This document shows, piece after piece, positions 24,261 to 32,000 of a stretch of DNA of 32,000 nt. The DNA lies in NCBI RefSeq assembly GCF_003231495.1, contig NZ_PQWO01000010.1:1-32000 (forward strand). The letters run 5' to 3'. The DNA is from Acaryochloris thomasi RCC1774 (GTDB lineage: Bacteria > Cyanobacteriota > Cyanobacteriia > Thermosynechococcales > Thermosynechococcaceae). The notes under the pieces are model-generated. The model was not told the origin of the DNA and searched no databases. It saw only the letters and a program-made list of their open reading frames with translations. A program made the translations under genes and the position numbers. Position 1 is the first letter of the stretch. Each line of letters begins with the position of its first letter.

Positions 24261-25244
24261 ATGACTACGATTACCCACCCTCGAACTGAACCGTTGCAGA
24301 CAGAACCGCAGCCAATTATCCAGACGTTCAATCTCCAGAAGGCTTATCGAACCGGCTTTTGGATGAACAGAAAGGTTTCTTCGCTTAAGCAGTGCAGTTT
24401 ACAGGTGATGCCGGGAGAAACGTTTGGACTGCTCGGTCCCAATGGAGCGGGTAAAACGACGCTGCTCAAGACGCTGCTGGGGATTGCCAAGCCCACTGCA
24501 GGGCGTGGTTTTGTATTGGGTAAACCGTTAGGCGATCGCAACGTCAAACAAAAGATTGGCTATTTGCCTGAGAACCCTTATTTCTACGATCATCTAACGG
24601 GCTGGGAGTTTTTGGAATTTATTGCGGGCATCTTTCAGATTCCGGCGAAGGTGCAGCGGCGGCGCATTCCTGAACTGTTAGATCTGGTGAAGCTAGACCG
24701 ATCAGCGGCGAAGAAAAAGCAGATGCGGAAGTATTCGAAGGGGATGCTGCAGCGGGTCGGGATGGCCCAGGCGCTGATTAATGATCCAGAGCTGGTGTTT
24801 TTAGATGAGCCAATGTCGGGGCTTGATCCACTAGGGCGCTACCAAATCAGGGAAATTATCCTGTCGCTGAAGCAGCAAGGCAAGACGGTGTTCTTCAATA
24901 GTCATGTGCTGTCGGATGTGGAAATTATTTGCGATCGCATCGCCATCCTCGCCAAGGGAGAACTAATCTGCGAGGGCACGATGGATGAGTTGCTCGGCAC
25001 TAGTAGCGAACATTATCAGGTGAAAGGGAAAGGCGGCAGTCAACAGGTGCTGCAGGACTGGGTTGCCGATCTTGATTTCCAGGCGGGGCAGTGGCGCGGT
25101 CGGCTGCAGGGAAATGCAGAAGATTTTTTGCGATCGCTCTCGGCAATGGAGGCCACATTGCTCAAGTTGGATTTAGTGCGGCCTTCGTTAGAGGATTTCT
25201 TTATTCAGCAGCTGCGCCAGCGCGATATGCAAATCAGCCGTTAG
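24261..25244 (+). CDS. ABC transporter ATP-binding protein
   Basis: Walker A GPNGAGKTT, signature YSKGMLQR and Walker B LVFLDEP. Confidence 0.9.
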   Translation: MTTITHPRTEPLQTEPQPIIQTFNLQKAYRTGFWMNRKVSSLKQCSLQVMPGETFGLLGPNGAGKTTLLKTLLGIAKPTAGRGFVLGKPLGDRNVKQKIGYLPENPYFYDHLTGWEFLEFIAGIFQIPAKVQRRRIPELLDLVKLDRSAAKKKQMRKYSKGMLQRVGMAQALINDPELVFLDEPMSGLDPLGRYQIREIILSLKQQGKTVFFNSHVLSDVEIICDRIAILAKGELICEGTMDELLGTSSEHYQVKGKGGSQQVLQDWVADLDFQAGQWRGRLQGNAEDFLRSLSAMEATLLKLDLVRPSLEDFFIQQLRQRDMQISR

Positions 25245-25260
25245 GTATTCTAAGTCAAAC

Positions 25261-26178
25261 CTATCGGTTGCGCCTTTTATATTCAGAGAACAACTGTAAG
25301 ACTCCGGCCGGAATCATTAATGCTAAGAAACTAGAAAATTGATACTGCCCCTGCCTAATATTTTGAAATAGGGCCCCACCATAATACTGAATCTTCTCTG
25401 TTTGATACATCCACTTACTACCCAGCAATAGAAGCTCGTTGGCGCGATACTCCAGTCCAGAGGCACAGTAGATATCGAAATGTGATTCGGCAAGGCGATA
25501 CCAGGCTAGCGGGGTTACTTGGCGACTATTGCTACCGAAGTACTTGCGCCAGAGATAAATCGGTTGAGGGGCATAAGCATAGGAACAACCCGTTGCTAGC
25601 ACACGCACCCAAAATTCAACATCGTGTAAATCTTGAACCCCAAAGTTGAGATCGTAACCACCAACACTTTGCCAAAGTTTTCGCTTAATAGGAGAAGTCC
25701 CCAATAAAGTCCAATTAGAACTAAGGGACAAGGGGCGAGCTTTCAATTGGTAGCTGAGAATGGGTTGCCCGGGAGTAATGCACTGAGCTGGCTGCTGGGG
25801 ATTATCTTGGCGCAGGTAGTCTCCAAAGATAAACCCAGCCGCTGGGTGCTGATCAAAAACATTCTGTACTGTTGATAAAGCCTCCGGCGGAAGCAAATCA
25901 TCCCCATCTAGCATTAAGCAAATATCACCAGTTGCAGCTTGCACACCATCATTACGTGCTGCTGAGGTACCACCATTCTCATGACGATTGATAACGGTCA
26001 CCAGAGGATTAGCGTCAAGGGTTCTGCAAGCCTTAATCGTTTCAGGATCCGTAGAGGAATCATTCACAACAATAATTTCCAAGGGAGTCTTAGACTGACT
26101 TATGACACTCTGGACTGCCTCATGCAATAAATCACCTTCTGAGTAACAAGTGATGATGACTGAAAGCGTATGGGACAT
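25261..26178 (-). CDS. Glycosyltransferase family 2
   Basis: SVIITCYSEG..., VVNDSSTD and the DGDD motif. Confidence 0.85.
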   Translation of the reverse strand: MSHTLSVIITCYSEGDLLHEAVQSVISQSKTPLEIIVVNDSSTDPETIKACRTLDANPLVTVINRHENGGTSAARNDGVQAATGDICLMLDGDDLLPPEALSTVQNVFDQHPAAGFIFGDYLRQDNPQQPAQCITPGQPILSYQLKARPLSLSSNWTLLGTSPIKRKLWQSVGGYDLNFGVQDLHDVEFWVRVLATGCSYAYAPQPIYLWRKYFGSNSRQVTPLAWYRLAESHFDIYCASGLEYRANELLLLGSKWMYQTEKIQYYGGALFQNIRQGQYQFSSFLALMIPAGVLQLFSEYKRRNR

Positions 26179-26243
26179 CGTAAAATTTATTTCACTAAGG
26201 CCAACGAACTTGATTTTAGTTTCTGGGCTTGATTATCAAAGGA

Positions 26244-27128
26244 TTAACATAGATGACTAAACCGACGAATATATCGGTAGAAAGTTATACATAAAATAGA
26301 AGTATATTTTTTTAGAAACATTACTAAACCCCAGAAAGAGTAGGCTTCCCAATTGATATGAAACCAGACACGCCAACTGAGACCGGAGTAAGGATTAAAC
26401 ATTAGCTTAATGAGTTGGTTTGGCTCGTTATCTGTGGACAACCAGTTAGTGGGATAAAGAGGTGATTGGCCAGGAAGACTAACTGCTGGATAACGGCCAT
26501 CAACAAAAATACTAAATTTATGTTGATGCGCCCTAATCAGGTACAGCGAATCCCCTCCATAGTGAGGTGTTCTGAAAAAATCCGGATAGCCGATTTCATC
26601 AATGACTTCTCTAGGAAGACAAACGATATTACCACTTAACAAATCACATGAAATAACACTATTATCTGGTGCCTGAATAAAACGATATCCTCGTAGAGTT
26701 TTTTTCTTGCCGCCATACGCTAATCCCCCATTCTGGCAAAAGCCTTGGCTGCCAATAATTGAACGTGGATGTTTCTGACAATAGTCCACCAAGCTAGAAA
26801 GTGTATCTCGCAATATCGTTGAATCATCATTCAGCCAGATGAAATACTTAGCTCCCTGCTCATAGGAATATTTCATCCCTTGAACGATCGCCCCAGTCCA
26901 CCAAAGGCTTCCATGACCTTCGAGTACATTAACTTGCGGAAAAGCATTACGAACAGCTACTCCTGTTCCATCAGTAGAACCATCATCAACAACAACAACA
27001 TGAAATTTTCCTAGATCACCCGTTACATCAAGATTCTCTAGACAAGCCAGCGTAATTTCTTTGCGATTGTGAACTGGAATTATAATAAACACTAGTTCCT
27101 TAGCGGGAGATAGCATACGACCAGACAT
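26244..27128 (-). CDS. Glycosyltransferase family 2
   Basis: IIIPVHNR, VVDDGSTDGT and WLNDDS. It is a paralogue of the next gene. Confidence 0.8.
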   Translation of the reverse strand: MSGRMLSPAKELVFIIIPVHNRKEITLACLENLDVTGDLGKFHVVVVDDGSTDGTGVAVRNAFPQVNVLEGHGSLWWTGAIVQGMKYSYEQGAKYFIWLNDDSTILRDTLSSLVDYCQKHPRSIIGSQGFCQNGGLAYGGKKKTLRGYRFIQAPDNSVISCDLLSGNIVCLPREVIDEIGYPDFFRTPHYGGDSLYLIRAHQHKFSIFVDGRYPAVSLPGQSPLYPTNWLSTDNEPNQLIKLMFNPYSGLSWRVWFHINWEAYSFWGLVMFLKKYTSILCITFYRYIRRFSHLC

Positions 27129-27137
27129 GAGTAATCG

Positions 27138-28109
27138 TTATTTATTTTTCATTTCCATCTCTACAGAATTTGCGTCAAAGCTTGATGCAAATTCTTTGCT
27201 GAGTTGATCCTTATATAGAATATTTTTTAAATCTCTGATTTTTTGTAAAATGCTAACAGGTAATAAAGCTCTTAGAATTATAAACAGAATAAAATTCAAG
27301 TACATTCTGACAAAAACAAATAGCGCTAACTGATCATAGGTTTTTCTACAGAAGTACCAAAATGCAGGTGGATATAAGTTAGACTTCAGCGTAAAAATCT
27401 CTTTCCACCTAGCCTTCATCGATATTGGACTTGAAGCCCATCCTTCTTCAGATGGATTGAACTCACACACAGCCGTTGCATCACCAATAACCCTTAGACG
27501 ATAACCATATTTTTTTGCTTGCCATGTATAGGCTATGTCTGCCAGACAATGCGGCAATTTATCTGCAGGAGGAAAACCTAACTGATCTACAACTATTTTT
27601 GGGAAGCATACTAAATTCCCACTTAAACAATCACACTCAACAAGGCTATTTTTTGGCGTGAAAATAAGTCGGGTAGAAGTAAGAGACTTTTTATGACCAC
27701 CGTAAGTAGGATATTGCAGATTCTGGGCGGAGTAGCATTGGGCAGATGCAATAATTTTCGTATGCTCTGCACATTCTGCAACCATCCTTTTAATAGTTCC
27801 AACAGAGGGGAAGGTGTCATCATTTAACCAAACAAAGTAATCAGCTCCATGCTCAATTGCATACTCCATACCCCTTACAATTGCCCCTGCCCACCACAAA
27901 TCCCCATCTCCACTCAGAACAGTTACTTCAGGAAAATCCTCTTCAAGCATGGTAAATGTACCATCAGTTGAACCATCATCAACAACCACAATCTGATAAC
28001 GACATAGATCTCCTATTTCTCTGAGATGCTTTAAGCAGGAAAATGTTATTGACTTTCGATTATGAACAGGAATAATAATAAAGACTAATAAATCATTTGT
28101 ATGCTGCAT
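27138..28109 (-). CDS. Glycosyltransferase family 2 with a C-terminal membrane segment
   Basis: IIIPVHNR, VVDDGSTDGT and WLNDDT. The tail is hydrophobic (FVFVRMYLNFILFIILRALL). Confidence 0.8.
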   Translation of the reverse strand: MQHTNDLLVFIIIPVHNRKSITFSCLKHLREIGDLCRYQIVVVDDGSTDGTFTMLEEDFPEVTVLSGDGDLWWAGAIVRGMEYAIEHGADYFVWLNDDTFPSVGTIKRMVAECAEHTKIIASAQCYSAQNLQYPTYGGHKKSLTSTRLIFTPKNSLVECDCLSGNLVCFPKIVVDQLGFPPADKLPHCLADIAYTWQAKKYGYRLRVIGDATAVCEFNPSEEGWASSPISMKARWKEIFTLKSNLYPPAFWYFCRKTYDQLALFVFVRMYLNFILFIILRALLPVSILQKIRDLKNILYKDQLSKEFASSFDANSVEMEMKNK

Positions 28110-29325
28110 TTTTTCTTATTTTTTCATAGATTTTTATATATCTTTGAGCTTGTAAAGAGAGTGAGTATTCTTCGCAAGCAATACTACGACATTTTTTCCC
28201 AAAAGAGGCACGTAAGGCATCATCTTCGAGTAGTTCTATAATTCCTTGGGCAAAATCATGACTGTCTTCTGGTTTAGCTAAAAACCCCGTCTTCCCAGGT
28301 CGGACGAGATCAGGAACGCCTCCTATATCAAAAGAAATAATGGGGGTTCCACAAGCCATACTTTCTTGCAATGTGAGCGGCAAATTATCCGCACGAGTCG
28401 GAAATAGAAAGAGATCAGCAGCAGAATAGGCAATGGCTTTAAAGCGATCGCTTCCTGTATACCCCAAACTGATGTGTTGAATACCAAGGTCATCTGCAGG
28501 CGTTACCTCACCAGCCCCCAGCGTCAGAAGAATAATTTCCTGTTTTAGGGAAGGGGATAATTGCGCGAGGGATCTGTATAGCAGGTCAATGCCTTTACGT
28601 AGATCACTGAGACGATCGGCAGCAAACATTAGCACCCTGCGGTTTGAAGGTATACCTAAAATAGCTCTGCACTGTTGAGGATCTAGAGGGTAGTATGAGC
28701 TTGTATTAATGCCATTGGGGATATGGTGAATAGGAAACTTATTGAGAAGACTTGCTTGAGTCAGTTTATATAGCCAAGAACTCGGAACAACTATATCTAG
28801 ATTAGAATGGCTATAAAGCCAGTCTTTGAGTCGCCATTCCAAATGACTAGCATCTTTACCAATTTGAGGATAGGTCTCAGGATATGGACATTGTCCACAT
28901 CCAATCTGCCAACGATTACAGTCAAAGCTATAAGCACAATGCCCTGTAAAGCTCCACATATCATGAAGAGTCCAAACCGTTGGCTTCTGCTGAGTCAAAT
29001 GGGGAAGCGCTAGATAATTAAAGTAATCGCCATGAATATTATGGAGGTTAACGATATCAGCTTCTTGATAACTCTTTTGATGCTTAATATTAAAGCTGCT
29101 GAGAATATGAAGATAATTGAGACCAAAGCCTGAGAAGACACGTGAGACTAAGGCATCGATTGCCCTTTTACGGGAGATGGTTGATACAAGCTTATTTTGT
29201 GACTTGCATATATCTACAAGTAGCTGAGAATCGACTGTATTTTCCAACAGACCTTCATGTAATCGATACGCCGCAATCGCAGCACCACCTTCAATATCGG
29301 TTTGATTGATATGTAAAACCCTCAT
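28093..29325 (-). CDS. Glycosyltransferase family 4 (GT-B fold)
   Basis: N-terminus MRVLHINQTDIEGGAA and the C-terminal sequence FPTRADNLPLTLQESMACGTPIISFDIGG. The start was moved to the ATG at 29325. Confidence 0.82.
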   Translation of the reverse strand: MRVLHINQTDIEGGAAIAAYRLHEGLLENTVDSQLLVDICKSQNKLVSTISRKRAIDALVSRVFSGFGLNYLHILSSFNIKHQKSYQEADIVNLHNIHGDYFNYLALPHLTQQKPTVWTLHDMWSFTGHCAYSFDCNRWQIGCGQCPYPETYPQIGKDASHLEWRLKDWLYSHSNLDIVVPSSWLYKLTQASLLNKFPIHHIPNGINTSSYYPLDPQQCRAILGIPSNRRVLMFAADRLSDLRKGIDLLYRSLAQLSPSLKQEIILLTLGAGEVTPADDLGIQHISLGYTGSDRFKAIAYSAADLFLFPTRADNLPLTLQESMACGTPIISFDIGGVPDLVRPGKTGFLAKPEDSHDFAQGIIELLEDDALRASFGKKCRSIACEEYSLSLQAQRYIKIYEKIRKNAAYK

Positions 29326-29392
29326 AAGCACTAGGGTACACACAATAGGATACCAACATTACAAAAAAGAGCTGCAGCATAGTCATAATATA

Positions 29393-31693
29393 TTAGCCAG
29401 TTGAAAGCAAAATTTCCATTTTTTCTTTCCAATTGCCATTAGCAATATCATGAACCGAAATCAATCTGTTAAGTTTACCGACATCTCGCAAATATGCCTC
29501 TATTTTACCTCCACTAGTATAATCAATCGCAAAGTATGGCACATCAAGATTTTCTGCAAATACAACAGAGTGAAATCTCATGCAAATATTTAATTGTGAA
29601 TGGAACATATTATGCAAAATCACAAACGGAGATACTGGCTCCCTAGCAAAGGAGACATTATTCAGCCCACTCGATCTACTCAATTTAGATTGAATAGATC
29701 TCGCAAGAGAACGATTGAAAACTCTATCATCTCCACCAACATGAAATACATGCATTGGTAGAAGGTGGACATCTAAGTTTTTAGCTTGAGCAACGAATGC
29801 AATCAAGTGTGCTAACTGAAATTCAAACTTGTTCTTAGCTAACTCGTATTCTTGTTGCTCTAAACCAAGAGAATATTCTTTTCCCCATTCTCTTAAAAAG
29901 CAAGATATTGTAGATCCCATGCCTTGAGGAGGCATAGATTGTATTAGCTTTTCCCTTTGCTCTAAGACATAGTAAGTGGCGGGATCGGCAACAGTATCTG
30001 ATGGGGCAATAGAAAAATCATTGAGACAACGCTCAGTAGAAGCTCGATCTCGAAGAGTAATATGATTAGAAAGCCTAAAGATTTCAGAAACAACCTGCAT
30101 ATAAATTGGTTGTGACAATGGTCCAAGACCACATCCTTCAATCCTGGCAATTGAATTATATTTTGCACTTTGGATAAAAGCATAAAGGATATGATTGAGA
30201 GGCTCAATATCCATTAAAGGGCCGCCGCCAACAACCATCTCATCAACTTCTGCGCAAACGCTATCAAAGTTCTGAGTATAAGTTTCGACAATAGTAATTT
30301 CACCAAGCTCCATTTCTTTTATTGTCCATTGAGATATAAATGGGAAGAGACTGGAGAGATAGATTGTCTTAGGAGGAATAGATCGAGTTCGGAGATTTCG
30401 AACGATAGTCGATAATATAGCCTTATCGCCTACAGTTTCAGTTCCATACCAACCAAGAATTAATACTTTTTGAGAGTTTAAGTTAGAAAAATCATAACTA
30501 AGGGATTCAATCTTAGAATATTTTATTGACTTGCTAATAAGAAGATCACATTTATATTTGTTTTTCCTAATACGAGAAAATATTTTCTCGTTCAATAATT
30601 CATTTATAGTCAAAGACTCATGGTAGTCATGAATACAAGAGGAACAATCATTCTCGATAATCGCCTCCCTTGTTCTTAGATTCTGAAAATAGATATTTGA
30701 TGCAGATTCGTTTAAAGAATTACCAAGGACTGGAGATTTAGGGGAGCAATATAGTAAATCGCCTGATGAGGCTAAAACTACGGCATTTGATTGATAAGGA
30801 CATCCAATTTGTCTTGGCTTACCCTCCGTTAGCATTTTCCTTATATTCCTATATGTCTTTTTGTAAATTTCATCTGTTTCAAAAGCATGCTCTAGACGGA
30901 AGAAAAAAAGACCTAGATGATAGGAAGTAACATCATCAAATGCTCTTATAAATTGAGATTGCTCAGCGTTATATAATCTATCTATAAATTCTGCTACTCT
31001 AAAACGTCCATATATTCCTTTTGATATCGCATAGTCGAGAAGTTCATCAACATATAGTGCATTTGAAGCTGAAATAGTACATCCAAAGGATGTATTTATT
31101 CCTGTTTCATTATGAAAAAAATCTAAGAGAGAAGTAGCAGTATTAAAATTGCCCTTACGACCTCGTACCACATCATGTATTTCACTGATGCCATCTAAAG
31201 ATATCATCAAGTTGAAATCAACATCATATGAATTACAAACTTCGGCACAGTCTAAAACTTTCTGTCTAACTGAATTTTCTATGATTCCATTAGTAATTAA
31301 TCCAGCACCTAAAATCTTTGGTTTCTTAGTACAAATTACTTCAAAAATCTCAGAAAGATCAGACCTCAGGGTCGGCTCACCACCACTCACACCAATGTAT
31401 TTTATATCACTAAATAATGGGTCTAGTAATACTATACTTAGTTCAGAAGGGCTGATCTCCTTGCTTTTTTTGTTTTTCCATATCAAGCACATCTGGCAGC
31501 GAGAATTACATGTATCATTGACCAATAGATTTACGACTGTTGGCTTAGGAGGTACTATCTTTCTTAGTTTTTTAAATCGGAGGTCCCTATAAGCAGACAT
31601 CACAAAGGGTTTAATCTTATTCAGTCTTTCCCTGTAAATCTTTGGGATTAAGCGTTTAGCATAGCTTTTGATATGATTTTTCATCACTGACAA
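29393..31693 (-). CDS. Fusion protein: N-terminal radical SAM domain (with a Cys-rich SPASM-like segment) plus a C-terminal polysaccharide pyruvyl-transferase-like domain
   Basis: CNSRCQMC (CxxxCxxC), GVSGGEPTL and the later Cys cluster NDCSSCIHDY. The C-terminal half starts KVLILGWYGTETVGDKAIL, which is typical of pyruvyl transferases. Confidence 0.7.
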   Translation of the reverse strand: MSVMKNHIKSYAKRLIPKIYRERLNKIKPFVMSAYRDLRFKKLRKIVPPKPTVVNLLVNDTCNSRCQMCLIWKNKKSKEISPSELSIVLLDPLFSDIKYIGVSGGEPTLRSDLSEIFEVICTKKPKILGAGLITNGIIENSVRQKVLDCAEVCNSYDVDFNLMISLDGISEIHDVVRGRKGNFNTATSLLDFFHNETGINTSFGCTISASNALYVDELLDYAISKGIYGRFRVAEFIDRLYNAEQSQFIRAFDDVTSYHLGLFFFRLEHAFETDEIYKKTYRNIRKMLTEGKPRQIGCPYQSNAVVLASSGDLLYCSPKSPVLGNSLNESASNIYFQNLRTREAIIENDCSSCIHDYHESLTINELLNEKIFSRIRKNKYKCDLLISKSIKYSKIESLSYDFSNLNSQKVLILGWYGTETVGDKAILSTIVRNLRTRSIPPKTIYLSSLFPFISQWTIKEMELGEITIVETYTQNFDSVCAEVDEMVVGGGPLMDIEPLNHILYAFIQSAKYNSIARIEGCGLGPLSQPIYMQVVSEIFRLSNHITLRDRASTERCLNDFSIAPSDTVADPATYYVLEQREKLIQSMPPQGMGSTISCFLREWGKEYSLGLEQQEYELAKNKFEFQLAHLIAFVAQAKNLDVHLLPMHVFHVGGDDRVFNRSLARSIQSKLSRSSGLNNVSFAREPVSPFVILHNMFHSQLNICMRFHSVVFAENLDVPYFAIDYTSGGKIEAYLRDVGKLNRLISVHDIANGNWKEKMEILLSTG

Positions 31694-31711
31694 TTATCTA
31701 TATATAGAGCA

Positions 31712-32000
31712 TTAGATGTAATTAAAATACTTTAGTAAAGTAGCAGCCTCTTCTAATATGAAATCTTCATCCTCACTGGAAAAGTGATTTTTCCAATCGC
31801 CACTTATCCCTTTTCTTACAAATATTGTTGATTTTTCTTCTGCATTTAAATCTTTAAACGGACGTCCTCTCTCGGCTTCAATTCTCTGCATTCTTTCGAA
31901 GGAAGAAGATTTTACAGCAGCCTTGATTTCCTCTTCGTTAAATCTATCTTTCCACAAAATACTTGCAAGCTTAGATACTTCTAAACAAGGATTTTTTAGT
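31712..32000 (-). CDS. Sulfotransferase-domain protein; the N-terminal part lies beyond the window end
   Basis: The C-terminal motif RKGISGDWKNHFS is characteristic of PAPS-dependent sulfotransferases. The ORF stays open to nt 32000. Confidence 0.7.
   Translation of the reverse strand, partial: LKNPCLEVSKLASILWKDRFNEEEIKAAVKSSSFERMQRIEAERGRPFKDLNAEEKSTIFVRKGISGDWKNHFSSEDEDFILEEAATLLKYFNYI

Overview
This looks like a cyanobacterial chromosomal segment. It has many GCGATCGC (HIP1) octamers, and housekeeping genes psaE, sasA, mutM, cysH and a NifS-type cysteine desulfurase flank the accessory DNA. The main feature is a minus-strand island of about 8.3 kb (about 4.65-12.95 kb). I hand-folded about 28 tRNA or tRNA-like genes there, in two arrays (20 genes at 10666-12744 and 8 genes at 7530-8185). 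Interleaved with them are an ATP-dependent RNA ligase with an N-terminal OB/tRNA-binding-like module, a small DIP1984-like protein, a mazEF-type toxin-antitoxin pair and the RNA ligase RtcB. An SMI1/KNR4 cassette bracketed by inverted repeats interrupts the island. Upstream is a near-consensus promoter overlaid by phased TGTAGTAT repeats. The arrays cover anticodons for all amino acids except Val (Ile only if a CAU gene is Ile2). They include several non-canonical members: four Leu-anticodon tRNAs without a long variable arm, four tRNAs with G55 in the T-loop, one tRNA with a T-loop insertion and one with an acceptor-stem bulge. Two covarying ~90-nt structured spacers also sit in the larger array. 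The right end (25.3-32 kb) is a visibly AT-rich glycan-modification cluster: three GT2, one GT4, a radical-SAM/pyruvyl-transferase fusion and a sulfotransferase. All tRNA calls are manual cloverleaf folds and need confirmation with tRNAscan-SE or ARAGORN.
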